From Anthoceros angustus (lineage: Eukaryota > Plantae > Anthocerotophyta): 64,000 nucleotides of DNA. How positions within the stretch are numbered: the first letter of the stretch is position 1; every line of letters begins with the position of its first letter. Below the pieces are notes generated by a model. That model worked only from the letters and a program-made list of their open reading frames with translations, did no database searches and was not told the DNA's origin. This document shows, in pieces, positions 39,901 to 52,899 of this stretch. The stretch is taken from NCBI GenBank assembly GCA_010909165.1, contig MU008158.1, positions 370,581-434,580 of the forward strand, read 5' to 3'. The position numbers and the translations under genes were made by a program.

Positions 39901-42275
39901 AAGAAATCTTGGCACCGGCCCAGGGTGCAGCGTTGGTAACCGTGGTCTTGCGTCTCTTGGCTCTCTCACAGTGGGGCTCCTCGGTAGGAGTGATGGCGGT
40001 GGCGGGGCTGGGGTCGGGGGCAGCTTCTGCTTGGGCTGCTGGTTGGGGCACGGAAGGAGGGAGGCGGAATTTCTTCCCATACTTCCACAGGTGGTGAGGG
40101 GTCCGTTCAGGGCGTATGGAGTCAGGAATCCTCGATCGTCCTCCTCCAGTCCGTTTGGTTTCGGTGGCCTCCTCCCTCGGCGCCCTTGCCGCTCCACTTG
40201 GCGGGGCCTCAGGTCCTTTCGGGCGCTCGCTCAAGCTCTCCTTCCTTGAGGAGCTCGAAATGCCCCCATACATGGATCGGTATGGGGCGGCCCAGATGGC
40301 GCTTCGGTCTGAGCTTGCGAGCCTCTGGCTAAACGAAGATAATCCTTCCCAGTCCGCCCTCTTCCCCAGCGTGCGGGAACACCAATAGATTATCACCAAG
40401 GTGATCCACCTTGGTAGTAGGTTCGATGGACAATGATCGGGAGCAAGTCGGGGTGGGTTCTCGGACAATCGGGACCCTTAGGTCACGAGTGGTGTCGGGC
40501 TTCCCCTCCTTGGCCCTTTTGGCGCGAGCTCCTTCTCGCCCTTTTCCTCCACAGGGCTCGGCGGAGGTGATGGAGTCAGGAGCACGCCCTTTGCCCCTTC
40601 GGCGGCAGGACCCGGCTGGATCACTGCTGCGGTGTCCTCCTGCGGCGTCCCTTTACGCCCTCCTTCTGCTTCCTCCGCTTCTTGCCACTCGTCGGCGGGG
40701 AAGAAATCAGCACGGCCCAGGGTGCAGCGTTGGTAGCGTGGTCTTGCGTCTCTTGGCTCTCTCACAGTCGTGGGGCTCCTCGGTAGGAGTGATGGCGGTG
40801 GCGGGGCTGGGGGTCAGGCGCTTCTGTGGGGGCTGCTGGTTGGGGCACGGAAGGAGGCGGGAATTTCTTCCCATACTTCCACAGGTGGTGAGGGGTCCGT
40901 TCGGGCGTATGGAGTCAGGAATCCTCGATCGTCCTCCTCCAGTCCGTTTGGTTTCGGCCGGCCTCCTCCCTCGGCGCCCTTGCCGCTCCACTTGGCGGGG
41001 CCTCGGTCCTTTCGGGCGCTCGCTCAAGCTCTCCTTCCTTGAGGAGCTCGAAATGCCCCCATACATGGATCGGTATGGGGCGGCCCAGAATGGCGAAGGC
41101 TTCTCGGTCTGAGCTTGCGAGCCTCTGGCTAAGGCGAAGATAATCCTTCCCAGTCCGCCCTCTTCCCCAGCGTGCGGGAACACCAATAGATTATCACCAA
41201 GGTGATCCACCTTGGTAGTAGGTTCGATGGACAATGATCGGGCCACGCGGCTCATTGTCAGCGGTCGGATATCGACCGTTGGTGGTCGTTCGTCGAGCCT
41301 TAGCATGTGGCTGGCCCTATCTTCCCCTTAGCCTTGAGGCTCGGCACCCCCCTCTTCCTCCTTGGGGCGGTTGTAGGCGCCTCGGGACCTCAAGGTCCAT
41401 CGCCTTGGGTCCTCCGGAGGTTCTTGGACCGCACCTCCTTGTTGCCCGCATCTTCCGGGCAAACTCCCGGACGGTGACACTATCAAATGTCGGACCATGG
41501 AACACATCCAAATGCCACTCCTGCACCAATTCTCCGCTTCACGGGCGAGCCCAAAGTCCGGATAGCGCGGGTCACAATGTTGCGCTCCACAAGGTTCCAT
41601 GGCTCCCAAACTTCGGGCTTTTGGGTGCCATCGCCTTCTCCTCCTTGGTTCTTTTGGCCGCTTGTCGGAGGCTGCGCACGTTCGCCTTCTTGCGTTGTTG
41701 CTCCGACCTCAGCGGTGAGAGCGCAGGCGTCTGAGTGTCCCACGAGATACCGCCCGAGCGGTTGCGGGCGCGAGATCGCGGTGTCTCGAGGCTGCCGAGA
41801 CCTTCTCCGCGACCACGCCGGGAGTAACGCGGGGAGGCGCCTCTTCTGTCCATGCGCGGAGGAGTGCATGGCTTACTGCGGCCCCTCTGCTGCCGTGCCT
41901 TACGCCGCGTGCCTGCAGCCCCTCGCCGCCCGCGCGGGGCGTGAATACTGCTATGACCTCAGCAGTTACAGTCTGACCCATGCATGCGTCCTCCACTCGG
42001 TCGTCACGTGGCGTCGCCTAGTCGTCCTTACGGCCCAACTTCTAAGTTACTTTCCACAGGCGTACTTATCACCTGGTCACGGAGTGGGTCGGACTTATCC
42101 GTTACCTTATGCTTTGCCATCGTAGGCCTAGTCGTTCCTCACTCGGTCGGAGTATACTCCAGTCGTCGAGTGCTAGCAGTGCTTATTTCCCCTTTTTCGC
42201 CTCATTTTATCCTTCGCTCCTACAAAAAAACAAAACCCTACCTAATTTCTAACCCCTGTGGAAGTCCGTAGTCCA
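36969..42275 (-). mobile_element. ~5.3 kb solo-LTR-like unit in inverted orientation relative to the two previous copies
   Basis: Starts TGTGGCGCGAC at 36969 and ends ...GAAGTCCGTAGTCCA at 42275. Reverse-complement homology to 27198-32409 is visible at both ends and at internal motifs. No TSD is recognisable. Confidence 0.7.
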
Positions 42276-42869
42276 TGAGTGGCGGGCGGATGCCAAGACT
42301 GCGTGGCTATTTGTATGTTGGCGAAGGCGGCCCGCGAGCAGCTTGCTGAGAACACCGGCTTGGTGGCCACCATTTGAATTTCCCGCTCGCTCACCTCGTT
42401 ATCCTCGTTCACCTCGCTCGCGTGCCCGGGGTCCCATTCCAGGCATAGGAGCTCCTTGCTTGTACCATGGCGCCATCCTGGAAAGAACTGTGGGGCCTCA
42501 TGCAGTGGACAGACATGGAGGAGGGTGCAGAGGGTGGCCACCCGGGTGGAGCAGTGAGCACAGAAGGTGCATCCTTGGCCGACGAAGTCCAGTCAGGCGG
42601 TGTGAGGCACAGGCATCGGAGGAAGCCACCGTCATTGCTCCACTTGCGGTGGGAATGCGAGGAGGCCGTCTGCAGAGTGGAGGCTCGATTTCTTCTTGGG
42701 GCGGGCTCCGCGTGCTCCGACGGGATGTCGCGGACGGACTTTGCTCCCAAGCGTGGCTTTGGAGGTGTGGCCACCTAAGTGCATGGCCGCGGCGTACGAC
42801 GTAATGTCAAGGCGGCCGGTCTTTGTCGACATAGATCATGTGCACTAAGGCAGGTGCTTGGAGCTGGCT

Positions 42870-43950
42870 CCTTCCATGCGACAAGGCTTTGGCGGCGACA
42901 CTTCCGGCAGTGGTGTGATGAAGCCATGGGCCGAAACACTCTGAGCTACGTGAGAGGCGTAGAGAGGATGCAGCTGATTTCCCCATGGTCCTGAGCGAGG
43001 GGTGGATCAAGGCCCGCATTGCACAATCAAAGCGCGTAATTTCTATGCAACATGCAAGGTGGAAACAGCGGCCCAATTGCGGCGAAGGAAATATGTGGCG
43101 CATTGCGCCCGATAACATCACGCATGGGAAGCGGTGTCCAACACGGCGTGGGCGCTAGCATCAAGCGAGTGGGCGGCGCGACCACGGCGGATGGTCGGAA
43201 GGGGAAGGCGGCCAAGCTAAAGGGGCGAGCAATCCGTATGGCGTGGTGGGGGCTGCGATGCGGCGTGCCTTTATTGGCTGGGCGGATGCCCACTCTTGCG
43301 AGAGGCAAAGTGGGCATCGGACCGCAGTCTTGAGAAGGATGCAGTGCAGGAGGTCCATGGTGGCGTTGCGTTGTTCTGTTTGACCCGGCGTGTGGCCTTG
43401 CGCAAAGCTTTGTGTTGCGGGGAGGCGAGGCGGTCGAAGGGGAAGGCGGGGGCTCTAGCGGTGGTGAAGCCATGGACGAAACATCTGGCTACGTGAGAGG
43501 CGTAGAGAGGATGTTGATTTCCCCATGGTCACGAGGGGTGGATCAAGGCCCGCATTGCACTGTGATCAAACGCGTAATTTCTATGCAACATGCAAGCGCG
43601 TGGCGCAGCAGACAATATGCGGCGAGGAAGAAGGACGCGTATTGCGCCCGGTAACATCACGGCGAAGCATGGGAAGCGGTGTCCAACACGGCGTGGGCGC
43701 TAGCATCAAGCGAGTGTGGCGCGACCAGCGATGGCCGCTGCGGCGGTAGGCAAGGCCAAGCTAAAGGGGCGAGGGCAATCCGTATGGCCGTGGTGGGGGT
43801 GCGATGGCGTGCCTTTACATCGGCTGGGCGGATGCCCACTCTTGCAGAGAGGCAAAGTGGGCATCGGACCGCAGTCTTGGAAGGATGCCCGATGGGAGGT
43901 CCATGGTGGCGCACATTGTTGTTTGACCCGGCGCGTGGCCTTGCGCAAAG
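42870..43950. repeat. Diverged ~530 bp tandem duplication, GC-rich, no recognisable product
   Basis: The blocks gaagccatgg...gctacgtgagaggcgtagagaggatg and ggcatcggaccgcagtcttg each occur twice. Confidence 0.7.
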
Positions 43951-45654
43951 CTTTGTGTGAGCGAGGATCGAAGGGGAAGGCGGGGCACCGAAGCAGGGGT
44001 AGCGTGCACCGGCGAGGAGGTTGCACGATTGGGAGGAACGTCGGTGGCAAACATGACAACCTTGGAACTATCTAGTGGATGTAGTGCCCATGACACCACA
44101 ATCGCGAGCATCCACGGTGAGGAGAGAAAGATGGGAGGGCACTCGACCTCAAGTGGATTTAGCGGCCGGTGATTTTTCATGGCTTGTGGCTCTGGTTAAA
44201 ACGAGTCCGTCCATCTTTGCAGTGTGTTGGGATGGATGCCTCCATGGTGGTGCAAGGGCTGGAAATCGTCACCATGGAGTGCAGGAGGTGGAGCGGTCAG
44301 GAGGCGGGGTGAATCGGTATGGTATAAGCCGGGCTCTTCTGACTAGCTATAGGTGCTGCAACTATGGGAGTTGATTCGAGCCGCTAAGCATGAGATTGCC
44401 AATTTCACGGTGGAAGATCCAACCCCACGTGGCGGAGTCGGGCCGAATTCTTCTCAAAGCCAGCGGGGAGGCGGGAAAGCAACCGCGGATGGTCGGAAGG
44501 AAGCGAGTATGCTTGAGATGATTGAGAGTTGTGATGGATCAGTATGCATGCTAGTTTCAATTGGCTTTGATGCGGGACGGTTTGCTATCCGTTGTTATAT
44601 TGCACCATATGATCATGCCGGTATATAAATTGACCCGATTAGATGCGGAATCTAAAACATGATTAGCTTAATATGACCCTAGGATCTAAACGAGGCGTTG
44701 GGGGATTGACCTCGGAAATCCTTCCACTATTATTGGGATTTCCATGGTGAATCGGCGCGATTTATTATTGTAATTTTGGTCAAATGTTATTTGCGGTCAA
44801 AGCGTGAACACACGTGGTCGACAACCACATGGCGTGGGCGGTCGGGACCACCACTCTCTCGCAGGAAGGGGCCAACACGTGGCTCTTCATAATTTGCGGG
44901 TCCGGCATGTCGCGCATGCATCTAGGACACACAATTGTGGCCGCAGTCTTGACATGATCCCAGGCGCATGTCTCGACATGTCCATGCGCCCGATGCTCAT
45001 GCCCGCCAGCCGGCGCACCGCAACGGCGTTAAGCAGTGAACGCAGCCATACCGCCCACGACATATAAGGGGATCCGCTGACGAAATGACAATGTCGGTGG
45101 GAATTACGAATATTTTGCCCACTGCTGCGTCATGTATCCCGCATAACTGTAATATTATTGCCCGTAAGTGTAATAAAAAGTGTAATAAAACTGCAGCCAT
45201 TGTTATAGTGCTAGCTTTTGAACTCCACGCAAGTTGCAATTCTCCATTAAACACTTCCGCTTGTGGAAGTCCTCGTCAGGTGCTTTAGGGCACAATACAT
45301 TGTAAACCATTTCCTGCACTGAGCCAAAACACCATAATATTTGAAGCGGCTGAATATACAAACCCTCTTATGCAAATCAGAAACCCTCATGTTCAAATCT
45401 TGACAGTACCTATACTGCATGTTTAGGCATGATGTGATTCTGAGGGGGTGGGTGTTATTTCATCACAATGCAATTTCAATGCATTTATTCGAGAAATACG
45501 CCTCTGGTTATGGTGGTTGGCTGCGGGAACTAGGCGTTTTGGACGTGGGTCATTAAAGTCTTTCGAAGATGAAGGGCGCAGGCATGCTGGCGCCATATGT
45601 TCAGCAACACGTTTCACATAGCAGTTTCAACCCATGGAACAACAAAACTGGGAC

Positions 45655-46894
45655 CTACTCTGCACGAACGTCAAAACAAGGCTGGGACTCATGTGGGCAC
45701 TGCCCAGACACGCTATCCATGACTACTTCCACATTCTTTAATCGCGCATGATTGGGGTCTTCAAAGTTATCGTTCTCCTCCATGATATTTCCTGTGTCCG
45801 AGGAGCCACCTCCACAACGTGCAGGCGTGTCTATTGCACGCCACACGGTGTCCAATGTCTGCTGCCCAGCGTCAAGGATGTCTACAATCTTCTCTTTCCT
45901 CCTAGAAGACCCCAAAGAGACAACCTGAGCTTTTGACAAACCCTTTTCCGACAATGTCACTTCTTTAGCCCAGAACTGAGTTGGACCCCGGCGGTGTGGC
46001 TCGTGGTTCAACTCCTCATTGGTGTCCGGCAAAACCTCATGTCCATGGATCCTCTGAGGTATGAACTCTGCGCAGCGCTTGTCTACATCCACAGCAATGC
46101 AATTCCGGCCGCACAGGAGAGCAGCCATCGTTGTCGATACACTCCATGCACACGCGTCTAAAATCCAATCTCCCTCCTGCGAGAAGTTTTTGATGATTCT
46201 CATCATCAGGCCCAATGGCCTCTGATATGCACAGACCACCAGCTTATCGAGGGATGTGTATAGCAGCTTCTTCACCACAGTGTCATGCCCAATGACTGCA
46301 TAGTCCGTTGTTGAAGGAACCCTGCACATTATTGGGGAGCATGGAAATTTTGGCCAGCTTGCTATGCGATGTTAAGCCCCACCCCACTATAATGTATTCC
46401 ACAGTGTCGTACCCACCTAGGTCGTTATGCATATTAGTCTTGTCCCATACAAATGAGACCAAGCCTCCCCCCGTGCACCACTTCCACATTGCCTCCCTCA
46501 CCGTGTGGTGCTCCTCCACACCATGCATGACTATCATCCGTATCTCATCGCAACTTGTCATATCATGGAAAGCATGGAAAACAGTACTTAGCTGCTGCAA
46601 GCCCATAGTGACATCATGTTTCCCCTTGTTAAACCCTCAGGGCACATCCATGACCATCAATGTGTACTTCCGAATCCGCAAGAAGCCCCTCATGTCAATG
46701 ATATCCCTTGCCATAACCTCGTACTTCATAATATCCTCTGTGGTCGGAACTGTGAAAGTTTGCAGGCCTTCCTCCATGTCCATGTCCGCCATAGCCCTCT
46801 GCTCCTCCTCCAGGCCTTTCCAAGTGTGCACTTCAAGCACAAAAGCCTGAAAAGCGTCTGGGAGTTTCTTCAGCTCATCCACATCCTTCACTTG
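45655..46894 (-). pseudogene. Beta-class amino (N4-cytosine/N6-adenine) DNA methyltransferase, copy 1, disrupted
   Basis: Motif order is that of the N6_N4_Mtase beta class: YTLMVMDVP* (motif IV position), VSFVWDKTN..GGYDTVEYIIVGW, then YQRPLGLMMRIIKNFSQEGDWILDAC..STTMAALLCGRNCIAVDVD (motif X/I region). It has one in-frame stop and at least one frameshift. Confidence 0.8.
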
Positions 46895-47020
46895 CTGTAG
46901 ACGACAAAAGGTTAGGTCAATATAATGCACGCAAGTGGAACATGACGGGCACTAACTCAGGCCCCGGCACGCCGGCGCCACAGTCGGCAACCAGCACAGC
47001 AAGGTATCTGGAAGGGCATT

Positions 47021-48770
47021 TGTGGCGCGACTTTCGCTGATGGCCAGCCGGGCGCGCACAATCCCGTGTCGTTGTAGTAAGTAGTCCGCTCCCAAGAGAA
47101 TGATGGGCTCCGTTTGCCTCGTTTCAATCGTTTCGTCCCTCACTTAGTATCAGTTCAGTCTCAATACACTTATTCATCGTTTTACGCCTAACTACCCGCA
47201 ACGTCCACCGACAGGCCCGGTGCGGCCAAACGTTTAAGGACCCGTTCGCGTCCGTGTCGTTCAAGTTCGTCACCCATCCATCTAGTTCGTTCCTCTCACT
47301 CTTCTCACTACACTCATCGCCCCTGGGGAAAGATGCGGGTGGCTACGCGGTCCGAACCTCCTCCGTCGCTCTGCCGGGCCTCTTCGTCCGGGCTCTGCAC
47401 GACCTCCCGGGGTTCCTCCGGCTCACACGTTCCGGTCCGTCCAACGCTGGGCCGCTGCTCTGGACGAGCAAGGGTCTCCAGTCGCTATTCCCTGCACACA
47501 CCACCACACGTTAGGGTCCGTCACCAAGACCTTGATCTCCTCGGGCTGCCACCGCTTTCATGACTCAGGACTCGCGTTAACAAAAAGGCACCCAAGGGCC
47601 TGCCAGAAGACGCGGCATCAACACCAAGAGAAAGATACTTTACTCAGAGTAGCCTCAGCCCTCTTATACTACGCCGAAGGTCGGCGCCTTTATTACACCC
47701 CCATTCTGAGCTGAGGGCCAGCTCAGTACGCCCTAATCGGCCGCCTACTATTCTCCTTATTCCTCCTATCTACACTGCTTGGTGGGGCCGGGATGGCCCC
47801 GATTCCTCGACGTGGCCCAATCCCCTCGACAATTGCGGGCGCAATCGGATGATCCGCGAGGCGACCCTTCCCTTCCGGAATCCCGTCAGTTATTTGATCG
47901 CGGCCTCGACGATCACACACCACGACGTTTTCCTCCCACAGCTGCTGGGGTCCCTCCTCGAGGGGCCACCGACGTGCTCACGTAAGTCGGCGGGGCTCCT
48001 CCTCGCTTCTGAGTCGGGCCTCGGGGTCCGTCCTCGCCTCCGAGTCCGGGCCTCGGGGTCCGGTCTCGCCTCCGGAGTCCGGGCCTCGGGGTCCGGTCTC
48101 GCCTCCGGAGTCCGGGCTTCTAGGTCCGTCCTTCTTTCCCGAGTCTGGACCTCGGGGTCCCGGACTGCGCCTGTCCGATCTTGGACCCTTCCTGAGTCAG
48201 GACCTCGGGGTCCGGTCTTGTCACTAGAGTTTGGACCTCTAAGTCAGTCTTCCTTCAAGGCCGGACTTGAGTTCGGCCTTTCTTGAGTCGGACAAAGTCC
48301 GACTCACGGCTCAGTTACGCCTCCTCGGCCGGGCTTATCACGGGCTCACTGAGCCTCCCCTTGGTTCCGGGCCTCGGTCCGCCTCCGAGTCCGGGCTAGG
48401 TCCTTCTTTCCCAGTCTGGACCTCAGGGTCCAGACTCGCCTCTGGGGTCCGATCTTCTGGACCCAACCCTTCCCCTGGAGTCCGGACCTCAGGGTCCGGT
48501 CTTGTCACTAGAGTTTGGACCTCTAAGTCCAGTCTTCCTTCAAGGGGCCGGACTTCGGAGTTCGGCCTTTCTTCAGGAGTCCGGACAAAGTCCGGACTCA
48601 CGGGCTCCTGGTTCTGCCTCCTCGCCGGGCTTATCACGGGCTCACCCACTGAGCCCTCCCTTGGTTCCCGGGCCCTCGGTTGCGCCCCTTCCACGGCCTC
48701 CCCATGACCCTTCTCCCTTCCTTCCGTGCGGAGGTGCAGAGTGCTTACCTGCATTGCGGTGACCCTTCCT
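47021..48770 (-). mobile_element. Truncated copy of the solo-LTR-like unit, inserted just upstream of methyltransferase copy 1
   Basis: Begins TGTGGCGCGACTTTCGCTGATGG, identical to 36969. It contains a 33-34 bp tandem repeat (gagtccgggcctcggggtccggtctcgcctccg) at about 48010-48120. Confidence 0.75.
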
Positions 48771-49849
48771 CCCAGCCTCTCCCTGCTTCTATTCTTTGTC
48801 GTAAGAATGAGGGCTTTACATTGGGCCAAGAAACAAAATTGTTGCACCGAGTAAGGGCTTCCATCAGGCCACAAAACAAAATCACCGCCATGCCATTCCA
48901 ATTAGGAAGATGGCTTCAAGATGGCAGATTCCTAAAAATGCTCTGAACCCAAGCTGAACCTCCGTGGGTTAGGCCACCGTGGGGTTCAGCCCCATGCACC
49001 GCTTGGTTTTTGGTGTAGCCGTGGCCGTCCCGGAGGCTTGTACGTGTGCCAGTTGCCCTCACCTCTTGACCTTCCATAGAACATGCCCATAGCATATTCA
49101 AAAGAAGCCGGTGAGAGGAGCAGGCGATTGACAGTGGGCATACAGCCGTGTCGGACAACGCCTGGTGTTCGCCGTGAGTTTGCTTCATTCCCTTTGGTCA
49201 CCACTTAAGGTGCTGGAAGGGAAGGTGGCCCCCTTTGCCAAATTCCAGAAATTAGGTGGTTTGACAATTGTTCGATGTAAGTGGCTGGCAAAGTGTAGGA
49301 CACCTCCTTCATCAAGTGCCCAAGTTCTGTCAAAGCAATGTGCTCAAAAGTGTGCAAACCGCGTAAAGATTCCCATCCCCGTCCCCGTCTTTGCTAGGTT
49401 GGTTGACATGATGACAAAAAAATAAAGAAAAATTTCATACCCCTCATATAATACTCATGATTTATGGGTGTCGAAAAATAGCGGAAACCCCCGGGTCATT
49501 TAAGGGTTAATGTCCTTAAAAATTGTAATTCATTGATCATCTATTATAGTCCTAAACATTTATTAGAAGAATAATATTGTCATACGCTTTTATGGGTAGC
49601 CCTTGTATCATTACCTATGTGATATCTCAGATATTTATTTCTATTAAAATAATTAAATATTTGATAATACTTAGATTTTAATAGAGAACTACCTCTTACT
49701 TGAGGTGGAGAAGGAGGTGGAGGTGGTGTAAGGGATTAGGTTGATCTACCAAAGATAGTGGTCTTCACGTAATAAGCAAGTGGTAGAGGTGTAGTAGCAG
49801 CTACCTTCACGCAGGGCCGTAGGACGAGCTGAAGGCTTAGCTAGATTGG

Positions 49850-50340
49850 GGGCAGCTTGGGAAGCGCAATAGTACAGAAGGCAGTCAGCAGATGAGTTCC
49901 TTAGCTACTATACTGCTCTTCTATAATGTGGGCAATAAAGCATGTTGTGTATCGAATATGTGCGAGATAAGATGTGCAAACTTGCTAGTGTGCTTGACCA
50001 ATAGCGCAGCTCTCAAATTGCAAATCTGAAATGAATGTGGAATGAAGTTGAGGTAAAGTAGTGAATGCGTGCAAGCAATTTTGTGTAGGAATGCAATCAA
50101 GTTGTGGCCATTTGTTTTAACGTGCAAGTGCCAGCTTCTCTTATGAAGTAAAGCTTCCTTTGATCTTGTATGTTGATTTTTTTAGATAAAGAATAAGATC
50201 ATTAGAGTTAGACCATGAAGTGTTGTGTAAAATTGTCTATTATGTGGGATGCAGGTAGTAGTTGTTTCTTCAACAAGCATAATGTTGGCCAGTGCATCCA
50301 ATTGGACAAATAACCTGTGGATCTACTAGTTGTGCCGAAT
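49850..50340 (-). mobile_element. Possible highly decayed Ty1/copia GAG-pre-integrase remnant
   Basis: A stop-riddled frame EKLALAR*NKWPQLD...DLQFESCAIGQAH*Q resembles the LWHxRLGH...CESCxxGKxH pattern. Confidence 0.3.
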
Positions 50341-50420
50341 ACTGACATTCTCGTCCAGGGGGAAGGAGTGGTTCTGCCGCAAGACGCATGGCAAGCTGCG
50401 TTTGGAGATGCAGATTATAG

Positions 50421-52340
50421 CAATTCTTCTAGATCCATATACGCACAACAGTAATTTAGAGATGTTGTAAGACTCAATTAAGGGTCTTCCCTTTCATTTT
50501 GATTTCTCATATGATTGGAGTTTTCCTCAAAATCGTGGTAAGGCGTGTTGTCTATCATAAAAGTCAATCTTGCGACCAATATATGAGCTACAATCCTTAG
50601 CATTTTTTTCACATCATATTAAATTTGTTTTTCAATAACCAACAACGCAACGTTGAGCGTGGGGTGTGGGGTTGATATCGCATGGAGCATGGGGTATGGG
50701 ATGTTGGGGTTGATGACGTGGTTGGCATGGGGTGTTGGATGATGGGGTTGCTGCCACGGTGGACATGGGGCGTTGGGTGTTGGAGTTGATGTCGTGCTGA
50801 GCATGGGGTGAGGTTGCCGTGGTGGGGTCGCCAAGACTTTGGTGCGGCGGGGCCATTGCTGGTGTGGAGGAGGTCGCAACGAGGACATGATTTAGGGTTT
50901 TTTGTGCGGTGGATGTGGTGGGTGGTGTGGAGGAGGTCGCGGTTACTTTATTTTTGTTGATTTTTTGAGGTTATGGCTTCTAGTATCGCTAAGCCTAATA
51001 CAGTTAAATATGTAGACAACAGGGTATCAATATTGGAGACTAGATTACGTAGTATTGAGGATAAATATGAAGACGATTAACCGGGTATCTGTATTATAGA
51101 CTAGAGTACCTAATATTGAGGCGGAGAATATTTCTTTAAGGGAAAAATATGAGTCTCTTTTGGCTAAGCACCAATCTTTGGCATGGGACTTGGAGGACGA
51201 GGGGGATGAGGAGGGCCAGGAGGACGAGGAGGATGAGGTCAATTCCTTAATGGATGATCTTATAGATAAGAGATTTGATAATCATGATGTTATCATTAGA
51301 AAATTGCAACATGATCTTGATTTGGCAAGCTCATGGGCTAAAGATTTTGAGGCATCTTTCCAGGTCAAGTTTGACTCATTGCGTTATAAGTCAATGCCTT
51401 ACCTTCACATTCCTTGTGTGGGTTGCTTGTCGAAGGCAGATCTGGTGCCTAGGTTGGAAGGCTACAAGAAGGTTATTCTCGAGCTTATTCATTGAAGCAG
51501 GTATCAAAACCGCTTACCTACCCTCACGGGTTCCCCCTATTTATAGGTAAATACATACTTAATACTGAACACCTAGTAAGCGGATGACTTTGCAGCACAT
51601 AAGGCGCGCATGCCACTCTCGCAATTCTTCTAGATCCATATACGCACAACGGTAATTTAGAGATGTTGTAAGACTCAATTAAGGGTCTTCCCTTTCATTT
51701 TGATTTCTCATATGATTGGAGTTTTCCTCAAAATCGTGGTAAGGCGTGTTGTCTATCATAAAAGTCAATCTTGCGACTAATATATGAGCTACAATCCTTA
51801 GCATTTTTTTCACATCATATTAAATTTTTTTTCAATAACCAACAACACAACGTTGAGCATGAGGTGTGGGGTTGATATCGCATGGGGCGTGGGGTATTGG
51901 ATGTTGGGGTTGATGACGTGGTTGGCATGGGGTGTTGGATGATGGGGTTGCTGCCACGGTGGACATGGGGCGTTGGGTGTTGGAGTTGATGTCGCGCTGA
52001 GCATGGGGTGAGGTTGCCGCGGTGGGGTCGCCAAGACTTTGGTGTGGTGGGGCCATTGCTGGTGTGGAGGAGGTCGCAATGAGGACATGATTTAGGGTTT
52101 TTTGTGCGGTGGCTGTGGTGGGTGGTGTGGAGGAGGTCGCGGTTACTTTATTTTTGTTGATTTTTTGAGGTTATGGCTTCTAGTAGGCTGTGGTGGGTGG
52201 TGTGGAGGAGGTCGCGGTTACTTTATTTTTGTTGATTTTTTGAGGTTATGGCTTCTAGTATCGCTAAGCCTAATACAGTTAAATATGTAGACAACAGGGT
52301 ATCAATATTGGAGACTAGATTACGTAGTATTGAGGATAAA
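50421..52340. repeat. Duplicated ~0.65 kb block (50421-51080 and 51622-52340) containing GT-rich short repeats
   Basis: gcaattcttctagatccatatacgcacaac...attgaggataaatatgaaga occurs twice. The second copy has an extra ~73 bp internal duplication. Confidence 0.85.
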
Positions 52341-52899
52341 TATGAAGAGATCAGTGATGGAAGCCCAAGCTGGACAAAGAGATGTCTGAGGACAAATATA
52401 TATGTTGACCCATTTGCTATTAGGAAACTTCTAAAGCTAGTAAATGGTCCTTTTTTTTTTTTGGGTCCATTATGAGGCAGATGATGACTAGGATATGATA
52501 AACTAACATCATAATTTCTGAAGGGGGGAATATGGTAACCCCCTTCGATCAAAACAACACCCCTTTGACACATTTTACACCCTTCGTACGATAATAGATC
52601 TGCCAAGCTATGATAATGGGCACACCCTTTGTGAGTCCATACCTTTGATGAAAGACGCACTTTCAAATCTACACTACAGAACTAGAGCACTGTAGGGCGC
52701 GGGCCCGTCTGCGTTTTTGTAGAATGCACAGTGGGCTGCCATTTGCATCTGTTTATTACAACCAAAAACATTTACTTTTCAAGTGGTGGAATACAATAAA
52801 AATCATGCCTGTACTTATGAGAGTCTCATTTCAGTATTCGTGAAAACCTTGCAACAAACAACTGCTAAAGGAGGAAGTGGTTATCAGCATCAGCAATAG

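Noticed and set aside
48780-49430. Homology to the decayed ORF at 25839-26513 (AW..AILK)
   Set aside because: The similarity is too short to support by eye and needs a computed alignment.
52672-52700. CACTACAGAA as a CACTA terminal inverted repeat
   Set aside because: I found no matching inverted partner or 3-bp TSD.
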